Origin: an uncultured Planctomycetaceae bacterium
GTDB taxonomy: Bacteria > Planctomycetota > Planctomycetia > Planctomycetales > Planctomycetaceae
DNA length: 64,000 nucleotides
NCBI GenBank assembly: GCA_963976765.1
Contig: CAXBME010000015.1
Span: 62,001-126,000, forward strand
Direction of reading: 5' to 3'
Below the pieces are notes generated by a model. It was not told the origin of the DNA. It ran no database searches and was given only the letters and a program-made list of their open reading frames with translations. Positions 47,037-57,774 of the stretch are shown piece after piece. Within the stretch, counting starts at the first letter, position 1. Each line of letters starts with the position of its first letter. A program made the position numbers and the translations under genes.

Positions 47037-48452
47037 TCAGACCAGAATTTCTTTGATCACTCGCGCCGGCTCGACGCCCGTCAGGCGACTGTCCAGCCCC
47101 TGGTGTTTCACTGAAAAGCGGTGAGCGTCAATCCCGACGCAATGCAGCATCGTCGCGTGCAGATCCCGGACATGGACAACGTTCTCAACCGAGTTGTAAC
47201 CGAGTTCGTCAGTCGACCCGTAAGAGACTCCGCCTTTGATGCCGCCACCGGCCATCCACATCGAGAAGCCTTTAATGTGGTGATCCCGCCCTGCTCCGCC
47301 CTTCCCCTGGAACATCGGCGTACGACCGAATTCGCCGCCCCAGATAATCAGTGTGTCGTCGAGCATGCCTCGCTGTTTGAGATCCGTCAGCAGCGCCCAC
47401 GTCGGACGATCGGTCAGCCCGCAGCACGTATTCATGTACTGGACCAGGCCGCCGTGATGGTCCCAGCCTCGATGGTAAAGATGAATAAATCGCACACCTC
47501 GTTCAGCCAGTCGACGAGCCAGTAGACAATTCGAAGCGTAAGAACCATCGCCCGGCTTCGCGCCGTACATGTCGAGCGTTTCTTTCGTCTCACCGGACAT
47601 GTCGACCAGTTCCGGCACCGATGTCTGCATCCGAAACGCCATCTCCATCGCGGCAATTCGAGTTGCAATTTCCGGGTCACCAAGCTTCGCGTTGCGGTAT
47701 CGATCAAGCTGCTGGATCGTCTCAACAAGCTGTCCCTGCTGCGCCGCCGACACTCCTGCCGGGTTGCGGACATAGTTCACCGGGTCACCGCTTGAGTTGA
47801 ACTGAACTCCCTGGAAGCGGCTCGGCAGAAAACCCGCTCCCCACTGCCGCGAGGCAATCGGTTGAGGGTTTCGTCCGCCAACACTTGTCAGCACAACAAA
47901 GCCCGGCAGATCTTCCGCTTCGCTGCCGAGTCCATAATTCAGCCACGCTCCCATCGAAGGCCGACCGTTAAGCCCGGTGCCGGTATTCATGAATGTATGA
48001 GCTGGATCGTGGTTGATCTGTTCAGTCACCATCGACCGAATGATGCAGATATCGTCCGCCATTTTGCCGTGCCACGGCAGGAAGTCGCTGATGAGCTGGC
48101 CACTCTCACCATACTTGCGAAACTTTGTCAGATGCCCCTGAACCTTCAATGCCGTTCCCTGCAACTGAGCGATCGGCTGCCCGGCGGTGAACGACTCCGG
48201 CATCGGCTGACCGTTCATTTCGTCAAGCTTCGGTTTGTAATCGAACGTCTCAAGATGCGATGGTCCTCCAGCCATGCAGAGGAAGATCACCCGTTTAGCC
48301 TTACCGGCGAAGTGTGGAAGTCCATCAGCCTCGCCGGAACCTGCACGGGCGGAAGAGCTACCAGCCATGAGAGTTCCCAGGGCCGCCGCTCCAAATCCCA
48401 CTCCGGTGTTGGAAAGAAACGTGCGACGGTTGACGCCTGTGTGATCGAGCAT
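47037..48452 (-). CDS. DUF1501 protein (Tat signal)
   Basis: NRRTFL, AKRVIFLCMAGGPSHLETFD, GWDHH, WGGEFGRTP and GRDHH. Confidence 0.93.
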   Translation of the reverse strand: MLDHTGVNRRTFLSNTGVGFGAAALGTLMAGSSSARAGSGEADGLPHFAGKAKRVIFLCMAGGPSHLETFDYKPKLDEMNGQPMPESFTAGQPIAQLQGTALKVQGHLTKFRKYGESGQLISDFLPWHGKMADDICIIRSMVTEQINHDPAHTFMNTGTGLNGRPSMGAWLNYGLGSEAEDLPGFVVLTSVGGRNPQPIASRQWGAGFLPSRFQGVQFNSSGDPVNYVRNPAGVSAAQQGQLVETIQQLDRYRNAKLGDPEIATRIAAMEMAFRMQTSVPELVDMSGETKETLDMYGAKPGDGSYASNCLLARRLAERGVRFIHLYHRGWDHHGGLVQYMNTCCGLTDRPTWALLTDLKQRGMLDDTLIIWGGEFGRTPMFQGKGGAGRDHHIKGFSMWMAGGGIKGGVSYGSTDELGYNSVENVVHVRDLHATMLHCVGIDAHRFSVKHQGLDSRLTGVEPARVIKEILV

Positions 48453-48502
48453 TGAACAATGTCCAGAATCAAAAAGGAGATCGCTGTGTGGTTTCGAACT
48501 GT

Positions 48503-48548
48503 GGGTGGCACCGGCTGTTCGCAACCAGAGCGGCGAGGCCGCAAGAGA
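48503..48548 (+). repeat. REP-like element related to 21950-21998
   Basis: GGGTGGCACCGGCTGTTCGCAACCAGAGCGGCGAGGCCGCAAGAG. Confidence 0.6.
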
Positions 48549-48634
48549 TTATTCACAACTCGGTGTTACCACCCACTTGTCACGGCGCGACACTGGTTGA
48601 GAGAAACTGACGCCACTCCAAATATTACCTGCTG

Positions 48635-51193
48635 TTAGTTGCGAGTGGTTGTTTCACCAAGGGTCAATATCGCCCTCGCGACGGTCGTCCAGGCGGCGTG
48701 TTCAGAAACGGAAACCTGTTCCGGTTGAGGCGAGATCCCCGTCGAAACCAAAGCGCGAGCTGAAGCTTCGTCGGTCCGAAACTGCGAACGTGATTCGGCC
48801 AGAAGCTGCGTCAACAGTTGCCGCTCAAAGTCGTCCGGCACTCGTGAAACGGCCAATCGAAATGCCTCATCCAGTCGAGACCTGTCATCGCTCGCGCCAG
48901 CCATAATGCGTGCAGCAAACGCTCGCGCGGCTTCAACAAAGGTTGGATCGTTCAACAACGTCAGCGACGCCAGCGGCGTGTTGGACCGAGGTCGCTGAGC
49001 GGTGCATTCTTCGCGCCGGGGGGCATCAAACGCTTTCAACATGGGATGCAGAAACTGCCGTTGCCAGTGCACGTACAACCCGCGTCGCCATTGTCGATCA
49101 TCGTTGTGTTGAGCGTATTTTCGCGTCGGAAAGTTCAAGTGCCGATAGTAACCGATGGGCTGGTAAGGCTTCACGCTGGCACCGCCGACCTGCTGAACCA
49201 GCAGTCCGCTGATAAATAGCGAGTTGTCGCGAATCGCCTCGGCCGACAAACGAAATCTCGACTGGCGCGAGAACAACCGATTCTCTGGATCAGCCTCGCG
49301 AAGCTCGCCACGGACCAACGACGACTGACGATAAGCTCGGCTCGTCGCGATCAGCCTGAGCATGTGCCGAACGTTCCATCCACTCTCGACGAATTCAATC
49401 GCCAGGTTATCGAGCAGTTCCGGGTGACTCGGCGGCTCGCCCTGTCCGCCGAAGTCGGTGAGATTTCGAGCGAGTCCTTCACCAAAGAGCAGATACCAGA
49501 ACCGGTTCACAAACACGCGAGCAGTCAGCAGCCCGTTACCGTTCTCCGCATCGGTCAGCCAGTTCGCCAGATCAAGCCGTGTCGCTCGTTGGCCACCGGT
49601 GTCGAGCTGTCCGAGAAACTTCGGGATCGCTGATACAACAATCGCCCCGCTATCGTCGAGCCAGTTGCCTCGCGGAAGCACTCGCATCGTGCGAGGTTCA
49701 ATCGATGCCGAAATCATCGTTCGCCGGGCGTTCCTGCTGATTGATTCTTTCGCTTTTGCCAGCTCAGTAATCGTCGCCTCAAGTTCTGATCGTGCGGCAC
49801 TGCCGCTCGTGAGTGCCGCAACTACTGCCTTCGATTCGCCGATCTTCTGATTCAGTTCTTCAATACGAAGCCGTTCCCGCCGAGTCAGCACGACAATTTC
49901 CGGCTCACGTTTCGTCGGCAGCGAATTGCCACCCGATTTGAAATGCTTCGCTTCGTCGAGGTCCGCGAAGAATGCTCCCATCGAGTAGAAGTCTTCGATC
50001 GTGTACGGATCGAATTTGTGGTTATGACACTGGCAGCAGCCCATCGTGCCACCCATCCAGACTTCCGACAGATTGCGGATTCGATCCGCCGCGTAAATGG
50101 CGAGATACTCCTTCGGCTGCAGCCCGCCTTCGTGAGTCGTCTGCAAAAGCCGGTTGTAGCCCGAAGCGATCTTCTGATCGACCCCCGAACCTTCGACCAG
50201 GTCACCGGCGATTTGCTCAGCAGTGAATCGGTCAAACGGCATATTCTCGATGAAGGCATCAATGACCCAGTCGCGGTACGGCGAAATGCTGTGATCCTGA
50301 TCGCCGTGATAGCCCACCGTATCCGCATAGCGAACCAGGTCCAGCCAGTAAGTCGCCATCCGCTCGCCGTGCTCGTCCGACGCGAGCAGCCGATCAACAA
50401 CCTTCTCCCAGGCTTCTTCCGACCGGTCATTAACAAACGCGTCAACTTCTTCGGGAGTCGGCGGTAGTCCGGTCAGGTCGAACGAAATCCGTCGAATCAG
50501 CGTGACTCGATCAGCCTCGGGCGACAACTTCAGCGATTCATCGCCAAGACGGGCGGCGATGAAGCGATCAATCCAGTTCGATCGTCCGTCAACGGCGACG
50601 TCCGGCGGTACCGTCTTCACTGGTTTTTCGTAGGCCCAGTGAGCCGACCACTTGCCACCGCCCTGAATCCAGCGTCGCAGCAGATTGATTTCTTCAGTTG
50701 TCAGCGTCTTGCCATGCCCTGGCGGCGGCATCTGCTCGTCGGGATCGCTCGATGTAACTCGTCGCAGCAGCTCACTTTCTGAAGGCTTGCTCGGGACGAC
50801 GATGTGGTCAGCATCCGGAGCAATGTCGAGTCGCAGTTCCGCCTCACGAGACTCCTCGTCAGGGCCGTGGCAATGGAAACATCGATCCGACAGAAGCGGT
50901 CTGATATCTGTACTGAACCGAACGTTACGGCCAGGAGACTGGGCCTGCGTTCTGTCACCCACACCCATGACAGCGAAAAAAAACGGCAACAAGAGAACTG
51001 AGCCCCACCCCAGACCGTCTTGACGAGCCTGACGCAAAGTCACTGAAACACGAAGAATCGCAAAGAGAACAGGAATGCTTTCACGAATCTTCAACTTCGA
51101 AAAGAGTGAAGAACAGCGTGTTGGCCCCTTGTAAATTCCTTTGCGAAACTCTGCGTCTTCGCGTTTTTGCGTCAGAGGACAATTCCAGGTCAC
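48635..51193 (-). CDS. DUF1549/DUF1553 planctomycete cytochrome c protein
   Basis: [47 protein letters not shown] and NTPLASL. The start is uncertain; GTG 51193 overlaps the upstream TGA. Confidence 0.93.
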   Translation of the reverse strand: MTWNCPLTQKREDAEFRKGIYKGPTRCSSLFSKLKIRESIPVLFAILRVSVTLRQARQDGLGWGSVLLLPFFFAVMGVGDRTQAQSPGRNVRFSTDIRPLLSDRCFHCHGPDEESREAELRLDIAPDADHIVVPSKPSESELLRRVTSSDPDEQMPPPGHGKTLTTEEINLLRRWIQGGGKWSAHWAYEKPVKTVPPDVAVDGRSNWIDRFIAARLGDESLKLSPEADRVTLIRRISFDLTGLPPTPEEVDAFVNDRSEEAWEKVVDRLLASDEHGERMATYWLDLVRYADTVGYHGDQDHSISPYRDWVIDAFIENMPFDRFTAEQIAGDLVEGSGVDQKIASGYNRLLQTTHEGGLQPKEYLAIYAADRIRNLSEVWMGGTMGCCQCHNHKFDPYTIEDFYSMGAFFADLDEAKHFKSGGNSLPTKREPEIVVLTRRERLRIEELNQKIGESKAVVAALTSGSAARSELEATITELAKAKESISRNARRTMISASIEPRTMRVLPRGNWLDDSGAIVVSAIPKFLGQLDTGGQRATRLDLANWLTDAENGNGLLTARVFVNRFWYLLFGEGLARNLTDFGGQGEPPSHPELLDNLAIEFVESGWNVRHMLRLIATSRAYRQSSLVRGELREADPENRLFSRQSRFRLSAEAIRDNSLFISGLLVQQVGGASVKPYQPIGYYRHLNFPTRKYAQHNDDRQWRRGLYVHWQRQFLHPMLKAFDAPRREECTAQRPRSNTPLASLTLLNDPTFVEAARAFAARIMAGASDDRSRLDEAFRLAVSRVPDDFERQLLTQLLAESRSQFRTDEASARALVSTGISPQPEQVSVSEHAAWTTVARAILTLGETTTRN
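51029..51175. mobile_element. MITE-like inverted-repeat element in the 5' end of the DUF1553 ORF
   Basis: Arm 51030-51065 is TGACGCAAAGTCACTGAAACACGAAGAATCGCAAAG; the reverse complement of 51139-51174 is TGACGCAAAAACGCGAAGACGCAGAGTTTCGCAAAG. Confidence 0.6.
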
Positions 51194-52023
51194 GCGTCCA
51201 CCTCCAGTCGTCGAGACGTGTCGTCTTCATCCTGCGCGAGAAACTTCTGAGCAGCCGATGTGGGTCTTGCTCCGATTTCTCGAATGGCCGAATCTGGCAG
51301 CTTATCCAGAGGCGTGTACTGCGGATGGTGATGTTCGACGTACGGGTCGTTGTGCTTTGTGTTGTAACAACAGATCAACCCCCAGCGAGGATTGTCGCTC
51401 AGGTTCGCATCCGAACGATGCAAAAGGTTCGAATGAAAGAACAAAGCCGTGCCGGCTGACATTTCGCAATAGACGAGGTCCAGGACTTTCATGGCCTCGT
51501 TGACGCGTTCCAGGTCGGCGCCGGTTTGCTCACCTTCGAAGCCGTGCTCGATGCGACCCATCCGGTGAGAACCTTTCAGCACCTGCATGCAGCCGTTTTC
51601 TTTCGTGCATGGATCGACGGCGATGAAAACGCTCAACATGTCTGGAAACAAACAGCCGTTCTTGTACCAGTAGCCGTAGTCCTGATGCCATTCCCAGGCA
51701 CCGCCGACCTTCGGCTGCTTGGCACTCAGCTTGGAGTGGTAATGGTAGACCTCGTCGCCGAGCAGTTGTTCGGTCGCATCGACGATGCGTTCGGAGCGGG
51801 CGATCGTTCCGTAAATGTCATCACCCGGGTGGTTCCAGAGTGAGAGATTCGTCTTGCGGCCCGCAGCGTCTCGAACGGCCATCGCGTGACTCTGCAACGT
51901 TGCGTCTTTGCGACAGGCTTCCTGCAGAAGCAATGTTTCTTCGGAGTCGAGGAAACTCTCAATAAAGAGGTAGCCGTCCTGATTGAACTGCTCGACCTGC
52001 GCAGGGCTCAGCGGTGCTGCCAT
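51190..52023 (-). CDS. Fe(II)/2-oxoglutarate dioxygenase, PhyH family
   Basis: WHQDYGYW (HxD), ENGCM...GSH, distal LLHRS and R. Confidence 0.92.
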   Translation of the reverse strand: MAAPLSPAQVEQFNQDGYLFIESFLDSEETLLLQEACRKDATLQSHAMAVRDAAGRKTNLSLWNHPGDDIYGTIARSERIVDATEQLLGDEVYHYHSKLSAKQPKVGGAWEWHQDYGYWYKNGCLFPDMLSVFIAVDPCTKENGCMQVLKGSHRMGRIEHGFEGEQTGADLERVNEAMKVLDLVYCEMSAGTALFFHSNLLHRSDANLSDNPRWGLICCYNTKHNDPYVEHHHPQYTPLDKLPDSAIREIGARPTSAAQKFLAQDEDDTSRRLEVDA

Positions 52024-52046
52024 CTTCCGGTCTCCCGAATGTTAAA

Positions 52047-52122
52047 AACCACGGAATTCACGGAAAGACACGGAATACCAATGCAGTATTTTCTACCGTG
52101 CCCTTCCGTGAATTCCGTGGTT
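52047..52122. repeat. Intergenic hairpin element with perfect 19-bp arms
   Basis: AACCACGGAATTCACGGAA ... TTCCGTGAATTCCGTGGTT; a degenerate relative lies at 60013-60125. Confidence 0.85.
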
Positions 52123-52133
52123 CATTATCGCGA

Positions 52134-52973
52134 TCAGCCTACCGTTGGCCACTCACCCGAGAAGACTTCAGTCGCCGGGCCGGTCATGTAGACCTCGCCG
52201 CTTTCGGCCCACTCAATTTCCAGGTCGCCGCCGGTCAGTCGAACCAGCACTTTACGATCGAGTAATCCCGCCAGAACGCCAGCAACAACCGACGCACACG
52301 CGCCGGTTCCGCAAGCCAGAGTTTCACCGGAGCCGCGTTCCCAGACCCGCATCACAACTTCTGAGCGGGACACGACCTGAATGAACTCGGCGTTGATTCG
52401 CCGAGGAAACGCGTCGTGAACTTCGACCTTCGGTCCAATGTTCAGAACCCAGTCGTCGTTGACTTCGTCGACGAAAGTGACGGCGTGAGGGTTACCCATC
52501 GAAACGCAGGTCACTTCCAGAGTTCGACCGGCAACTTCCAGAGGCACCTTCACCGGCGGATCACCGACAAGCGTCGTCGGAATTTTGGCGCTTTCCAGGA
52601 TCGGCTCGTCCATGTTGACTCGAACTCGATCAACCTTCCCGTCAGTCACCGAGCATTGCAGAGCCAGCAGGCCTCGCCCGGTTTCAATCGTCAGTTCTTC
52701 TTTGGCAGCGATGCCGTGGTCGTAAACAAACTTTGCCACACAGCGAACGGCGTTGCCGCACATTTCGGCTTCCGAGCCGTCGGCGTTGTACATGATCATC
52801 CGAGCGTCAGCCCGTTCCGAAGGAGCGATCAGAACAAGCCCGTCGCCACCGACTCCGAAATGCCGATCGCTGATCACCTTCGCGAGTTCTGCAACATCGC
52901 CAAGTTCGACCTGCTCGAAGCAGTTGACGTAGACGTAATCGTTCCCGGCGCCGTGCATCTTCGTAAACTTCAT
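52134..52973 (-). CDS. dapF: Diaminopimelate epimerase
   Basis: [28 protein letters not shown] and [13 protein letters not shown]. Confidence 0.97.
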   Translation of the reverse strand: MKFTKMHGAGNDYVYVNCFEQVELGDVAELAKVISDRHFGVGGDGLVLIAPSERADARMIMYNADGSEAEMCGNAVRCVAKFVYDHGIAAKEELTIETGRGLLALQCSVTDGKVDRVRVNMDEPILESAKIPTTLVGDPPVKVPLEVAGRTLEVTCVSMGNPHAVTFVDEVNDDWVLNIGPKVEVHDAFPRRINAEFIQVVSRSEVVMRVWERGSGETLACGTGACASVVAGVLAGLLDRKVLVRLTGGDLEIEWAESGEVYMTGPATEVFSGEWPTVG

Positions 52974-53093
52974 CGCCGTTCTCTCCACGTTTTTCCCTTA
53001 AGAATTTTCGACATCTGAGTCTGATACAAAAGCGAGAGTTCTGGTTCGCCTGACGGGCGTACTACCAAATCGAAAGCTCTACATCGGATGATC

Positions 53094-53311
53094 TTACCAG
53101 AACCAGACCAACTCCCAGATCACCTTAAGCAAATCGACAAAGGGCTCTCTGAAGATCAGGCCAAGCGTTCCACAGATAATCGCTCCAAAGAGCACCGTGT
53201 CGCCAGGGAATAACCAAGTCCCCTCGATTACGAAAACACATACGCCTAAGCCTGGACCACCACCTACCAGAGCCCCGGAAATCGCGCTGACGATACGGTC
53301 AAGACGCTCAT
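53094..53311 (-). pseudogene. Small hydrophobic membrane-protein frame with no in-frame start
   Basis: A 71-codon open frame ERLDRIVSAISGALVGG...LKVIWELVWFW-stop; the ATG at 53311 is one base out of frame. Confidence 0.6.
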
Positions 53312-53321
53312 GCTCAGACCT

Positions 53322-54260
53322 TTACGAAAACGCCTTCGCGACAGCTTCCTTCGTTTTGGCCAGGCCCGTTGTGACGACCTGTTCGGCGTCCTGTTCCCAG
53401 TAGCCTGGGTTGAACAACTCCAGTGAGAGCACTCCGGCGAAGCCGTTGGCAGCAATCATCTGGAAGATATCGTTCAGCGGGGCGACTCCATCTCCGGGAT
53501 AGACTCGGTCCTTATCAGAAATCGTATCGCGCGGCGGGTCAGCCGGGTAATCGTTGACGTGGAAGCAGTGAATTTTTGAGCCAGCGATGGCCGCCATGCC
53601 CGCGAAGTCAGAACCGCCTTTGTAGATGTGGTAAACGTCCGGGAGGATGCAGGCGTCTTTGTGGCCGGCTTCGATCACCGCGAACATGGTCTCGCCGAGT
53701 CGCGAGAGATTGTCTGAGAACCCCCAGACCTCCGCCTGAGGAATGACGCCCGTCTGATCGCCGACTTCGAGCAACGCGCGGTAACGCTCGGCCACTTTGA
53801 ACAGGTCGAGCTTCGGCGAGCCTCGATGAGCACCGACCGGAGGAGCGGCGATGTGTGTTCCGCCGATCGTCTTGAGCATGTCCATATCGCGTTTGGCGAC
53901 TTCGAGACCTTCTGCTCGTTTGGCATCGTCGTCGACGATCCAGTTGGCAAAGCCGATCGCGCTTTCGACTCGGAGCCCGTGATCAGCGATCCGCTTGCCT
54001 AGATCTTTCAGGTTGCCGCCGTCTTTGACGTAAGCTTCCAGTTCGCGAATCCACGGCTCGATGCCGTCGTATCCGGCTCTGGCCGCCAGTTCGACTTCCT
54101 TCACGATGCCAAGATTCTGCCCGCGAATCGTGCTCGTGTTGAGGCAGTATCGAAAATCCGGTTGCTTTGATTTTGCCTCGGCGGCGAGGGTGGAGCCAGT
54201 GGCTGCAACAGCTCCGGCAACGATCGGAGCGGCGATGAATTCACGACGCGATACAGTCAC
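53322..54260 (-). CDS. Sugar phosphate isomerase/epimerase (TIM barrel), Tat-exported
   Basis: SRREFI Tat motif, GYDGIEPW, E, DVYH, HVND and SLELF metal ligands. Confidence 0.9.
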   Translation of the reverse strand: MTVSRREFIAAPIVAGAVAATGSTLAAEAKSKQPDFRYCLNTSTIRGQNLGIVKEVELAARAGYDGIEPWIRELEAYVKDGGNLKDLGKRIADHGLRVESAIGFANWIVDDDAKRAEGLEVAKRDMDMLKTIGGTHIAAPPVGAHRGSPKLDLFKVAERYRALLEVGDQTGVIPQAEVWGFSDNLSRLGETMFAVIEAGHKDACILPDVYHIYKGGSDFAGMAAIAGSKIHCFHVNDYPADPPRDTISDKDRVYPGDGVAPLNDIFQMIAANGFAGVLSLELFNPGYWEQDAEQVVTTGLAKTKEAVAKAFS

Positions 54261-54300
54261 GACAGGTCTCCGATTGAGTGCGATGAAAGGTCTAGTCGGA

Positions 54301-54413
54301 TGGGCACCGCCCACCAGTTTGGATGAGCAGGCTGGTTCTCGGCCCAGCTTGAAAAAATTACAGGGACGAGCCCCAGCCGACGGTGCGCATCGAGCAAGTG
54401 GGCAATGCCCACT
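54301..54413. repeat. Pair of TGGGCAnnGCCCAC REP-like palindromes
   Basis: TGGGCACCGCCCACC at 54301 and AGTGGGCAATGCCCACT at 54397; relatives at 26681-26695 and 63395-63419. Confidence 0.65.
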
Positions 54414-54419
54414 CTGCCG

Positions 54420-55751
54420 CTAGAACGATTCCTGGATTTCGAGGTTCGGCAGCGCTTCGATCAGCTCATCCTTGGCGGCGGAATCGCTCGAAAGCAGGGT
54501 AGTTCCAATCTTCAGTTTTCTTAATTTCTTCAGCTCGACGAGAAACTCGACAGCACTTCCGTCGATCATGAAATTCTCGTCCAGCTCAAGCACTTCCAGG
54601 TTTTCCAAAGCCGTCAGTGGCTCCAGCGACTCAGAGTTCAAATCCGACTCGTTGGTCAGGTCGAGTTCCCTGAGTGTCGAGATTCTTGAAATCGCCGCGA
54701 CCCCCTCACTCGTAATGCCACACTGCTCGACACTCAGAATCGCCAGGTTTGGAAAGCCATAAAGTTTTTCGATGCCGTCATCGCCAACCACCGTGTTTGT
54801 CACGTCGAGTTCGACCAGATCCTTCATCCCGGCGAGATGATCGAGTCCGGCATTGTTCACGACGGTTTCGCGAAGCAGCAGCGTCTTCATTTTCGTGAGG
54901 CCCGCGATGTGAACCAGCGCGTCGCCCTTCACAAAATTGAATCGAACGTTGAGCATCTCAAGATTCGTCAGACCAGCGATATGTTCAAGGGCTGGCCCTT
55001 CAATGTTGGTATCGTTTTCCAGCTCCAGCACCTTGAGCTTTTTGCAGTTCGACAAAGCTTCCAGCGAAGCACCAGTCAGACGCGTATTCTTGCTGATGTT
55101 GACGTTCTCAAGATTCGGCAACGTGCCGAGCAACTTGATGCCTTCGTCAGAAACGCCAGGACACTCCTGCAGCTTCACGGCCTTCAGCGACTTGATCTCG
55201 GAAAGGGACTTGATGCCTTCGTCGCCGACATTTGTAAAACGCAGATCGATGTCGACAAGACTCTTGAGTCCAACCAGATGGGCAAGCCCAGCGTCAGTCA
55301 CGCTGGTTCGCCGAAGTCCCAATGCTCTCAGACCGGCAACCTTTGAAAGCGTCTCAACCCCCTTATCCGTGATGGCAGAGCTTGCGGCATCCAGCACCGA
55401 GAAGCTCGGCAGCTCAGCGAGGTACACCATTCCGGCGTCGCCGAAATTTGGCCCCTCAACGATCACTCGCGATACTTTCGGCAGCCCCTTCAACAACGCC
55501 AGATCTTCGTCACTTGTTTCCGTCTTTCGGAAATCGGCCAGTACAACATTGCCGTTGCCGTCGACGTCGAGTTTGACTGACTTCTCTTTCAAAGCTGCCA
55601 GCGATTCAGCATCGTCGACCTGGGAAACCTCGGCGGCAGAAGTCGCCTTTTCGGTCGGGGCGGTGCCACCAGGTGCGGGACCGGCTGTCGGTTTGCAACC
55701 CGCGACAAGAAACAAACCCGCAAACAGGAACAGCGAGGTCAAGGCTTTCAT
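54420..55751 (-). CDS. Leucine-rich-repeat lipoprotein
   Basis: VAGC lipobox and many 24-25 aa repeats of the form LxxLxLxxTxVTDxGLxxL. Confidence 0.92.
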   Translation of the reverse strand: MKALTSLFLFAGLFLVAGCKPTAGPAPGGTAPTEKATSAAEVSQVDDAESLAALKEKSVKLDVDGNGNVVLADFRKTETSDEDLALLKGLPKVSRVIVEGPNFGDAGMVYLAELPSFSVLDAASSAITDKGVETLSKVAGLRALGLRRTSVTDAGLAHLVGLKSLVDIDLRFTNVGDEGIKSLSEIKSLKAVKLQECPGVSDEGIKLLGTLPNLENVNISKNTRLTGASLEALSNCKKLKVLELENDTNIEGPALEHIAGLTNLEMLNVRFNFVKGDALVHIAGLTKMKTLLLRETVVNNAGLDHLAGMKDLVELDVTNTVVGDDGIEKLYGFPNLAILSVEQCGITSEGVAAISRISTLRELDLTNESDLNSESLEPLTALENLEVLELDENFMIDGSAVEFLVELKKLRKLKIGTTLLSSDSAAKDELIEALPNLEIQESF

Positions 55752-56182
55752 AGGTACAGAAATCCGTATCAGAGTGTCAAGAATATCGGGCGGGACAGAA
55801 AAGAGCATCACGACCGGGCATCACAAAACTCAACTCAACCAGACTCGAACTAACATTCAGCAACGATTGAGTGCGACGCAGCCGCTCGTCTCCGGGTCAG
55901 GTTGGAAAGGAGACTCAAGGTGGGAACGGGCCAGAGTACCTGCCGCCCTTACTGATCGCAAATCAGCGAGCGACTCAAACAGGATGTCGAGAGTGGCAGA
56001 CAGTTGATCCTGAATTCCACCTTCTGCGACAAGGTTCACGTCGAGTCGTTGGGCGCGGCATTTAAGACTGCTTATCATTTTGTCATTGGCGACTCGTTTT
56101 GCGGCACGCCGAGTACATGACAAACCTCAAAACCAGCTTCGGCCTACCAACGACTTTACCTCATTGAAAAGGACCATGTGTT

Positions 56183-57625
56183 ATGCCACGCAAGTCGACA
56201 CGTCGATCATTCATGCAGACATCCGCTGCTATTGGCGCGGGATTCTGGACAGGACACAGCCTCACACCGGTTTTCGCACAAAGCCGCAACACTTCTGAAA
56301 AGATCAACTTCGCGTCAATCGGCGTCGAAGGAAAGGGGTCAAGCGATTCATCGGACGCCGGCAAGCACGGCAATATGGTCGCCATTTGCGATATCGACGA
56401 GAAGCGACTCGAAAAAGCCGCCGCTCGGTTCCCGGATGCGAAGAAGTTCGTCGACTACCGTGAAATGCTCGCCGAGATGGGCAACAAAATTGACGCTGTT
56501 ACAGTTTCAACTCCGGACCACAGCCACGCTCCGGCCAGCCTTCTCGCCATGAGCATGGGCAAGAACTGCTTCACACAGAAGCCGCTGACCTGGTCGATCT
56601 ACGAAGCCAAACTGATGCGCGACATGGCCAACGATAAAGGCGTCGCCACTCAGATGGGTAACCAGGGAACGTCCAACAACGGCCTGCGAGAAGCTGTCGA
56701 AATCGTCCGAGCTGGAATGCTCGGTGAAATCAAGAAGGTCCACGTCTGGACGAACCGCCCCGTTTGGCCGCAGGGCAAAGGCCGACCAGAAACTGTCGAA
56801 GAAATCCCCAAGGGACTGCACTGGGATCTGTTCCTCGGCCCAGCTCCGGAACGCCCCTACAATTCGGTTTACACGCCGTTCAAATGGCGAGGCTGGCTGG
56901 ATTTCGGCACGGGTGCTCTGGGCGACATGGCCTGCCACACGGCCAACATGGCTGTCATGGCCACCGACCTTTTTGACGCAAAAACCGTCACCGCCAAATC
57001 GACCGAAATCGGCGAGCAGTTTCCATCGAACTCAACGATCGAGTTCAACTTCGGTGCTCGCCCACGCGGTGATGGCAATGGGAACTGGGGGCCGGTCGAC
57101 CTGCATTGGTATGACGGTGGAAACCTGCCAGCACAGGATCTGCTGCCGGGCGGCAAATTCTCTTCAAGCGGCTCGATCATCGAAGGATCTGAGCTGACAC
57201 TCATTTCGCCGGACGATTACGGTGCAGAATTCGCGCTGTTCAAAACGGGCACCGCCGAACCCGTTTATATCACTCCCGGTCTGAAGGATGAGAAGACGCA
57301 GATTCGAAAACTGGGCCTGAAGCTGACGGTCAAAGGCGACCCGCTGACTCCACCGGAGCCAACGCTTCCTCGCTCGCCTGGCCACTTCAAGGAATACGCC
57401 ATTGCGTGTGCTGGTGGTCCGGCTGCCATGTCGAACTTCAACTACGCTTCGCGTCTGACTCACACCATCCTGTTTGGAAACGTCGCGCTGCGTTCCGGTA
57501 AACCTGTCAACTGGGACGCCGAGAAGTTCACCTGCGGCGATGCCGAAACTGACAAGCTGCTTCACCGCGTTTACCGTGAAGGTTTTGCGACCGTGCCGTC
57601 GCTCAACTGGCAGCCAAAAGGCTAG
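56183..57625 (+). CDS. Gfo/Idh/MocA oxidoreductase, Tat-exported
   Basis: TRRSFM, STPDHSH, QKPL, QMGNQG and GALGDMACH. Confidence 0.93.
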   Translation: MPRKSTRRSFMQTSAAIGAGFWTGHSLTPVFAQSRNTSEKINFASIGVEGKGSSDSSDAGKHGNMVAICDIDEKRLEKAAARFPDAKKFVDYREMLAEMGNKIDAVTVSTPDHSHAPASLLAMSMGKNCFTQKPLTWSIYEAKLMRDMANDKGVATQMGNQGTSNNGLREAVEIVRAGMLGEIKKVHVWTNRPVWPQGKGRPETVEEIPKGLHWDLFLGPAPERPYNSVYTPFKWRGWLDFGTGALGDMACHTANMAVMATDLFDAKTVTAKSTEIGEQFPSNSTIEFNFGARPRGDGNGNWGPVDLHWYDGGNLPAQDLLPGGKFSSSGSIIEGSELTLISPDDYGAEFALFKTGTAEPVYITPGLKDEKTQIRKLGLKLTVKGDPLTPPEPTLPRSPGHFKEYAIACAGGPAAMSNFNYASRLTHTILFGNVALRSGKPVNWDAEKFTCGDAETDKLLHRVYREGFATVPSLNWQPKG

Positions 57626-57649
57626 TCATCGAATCCGTTGAGAACCTGC

Positions 57650-57690
57650 AACGGGCGACTGAAGGAAACTTCCGTCGCCCGTTTTTCGTT
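57650..57690 (+). terminator. Intrinsic terminator
   Basis: AACGGGCGAC-T-GAAG-GAAA-CTTC-C-GTCGCCCGTT followed by TTTCGTT. Confidence 0.8.
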
Positions 57691-57774
57691 GCTGGAAGGT
57701 CGCGGCAATTGTCACCACTGAGTAAAACTGACCGATCGAATTCGCCACGACGCCTTGCCTGGACGAGACTCGCT

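Noticed and set aside
55752..55781. TTGACA-type promoter for the LRR gene
   Set aside because: The implied -10 box is poor and abuts the start codon.
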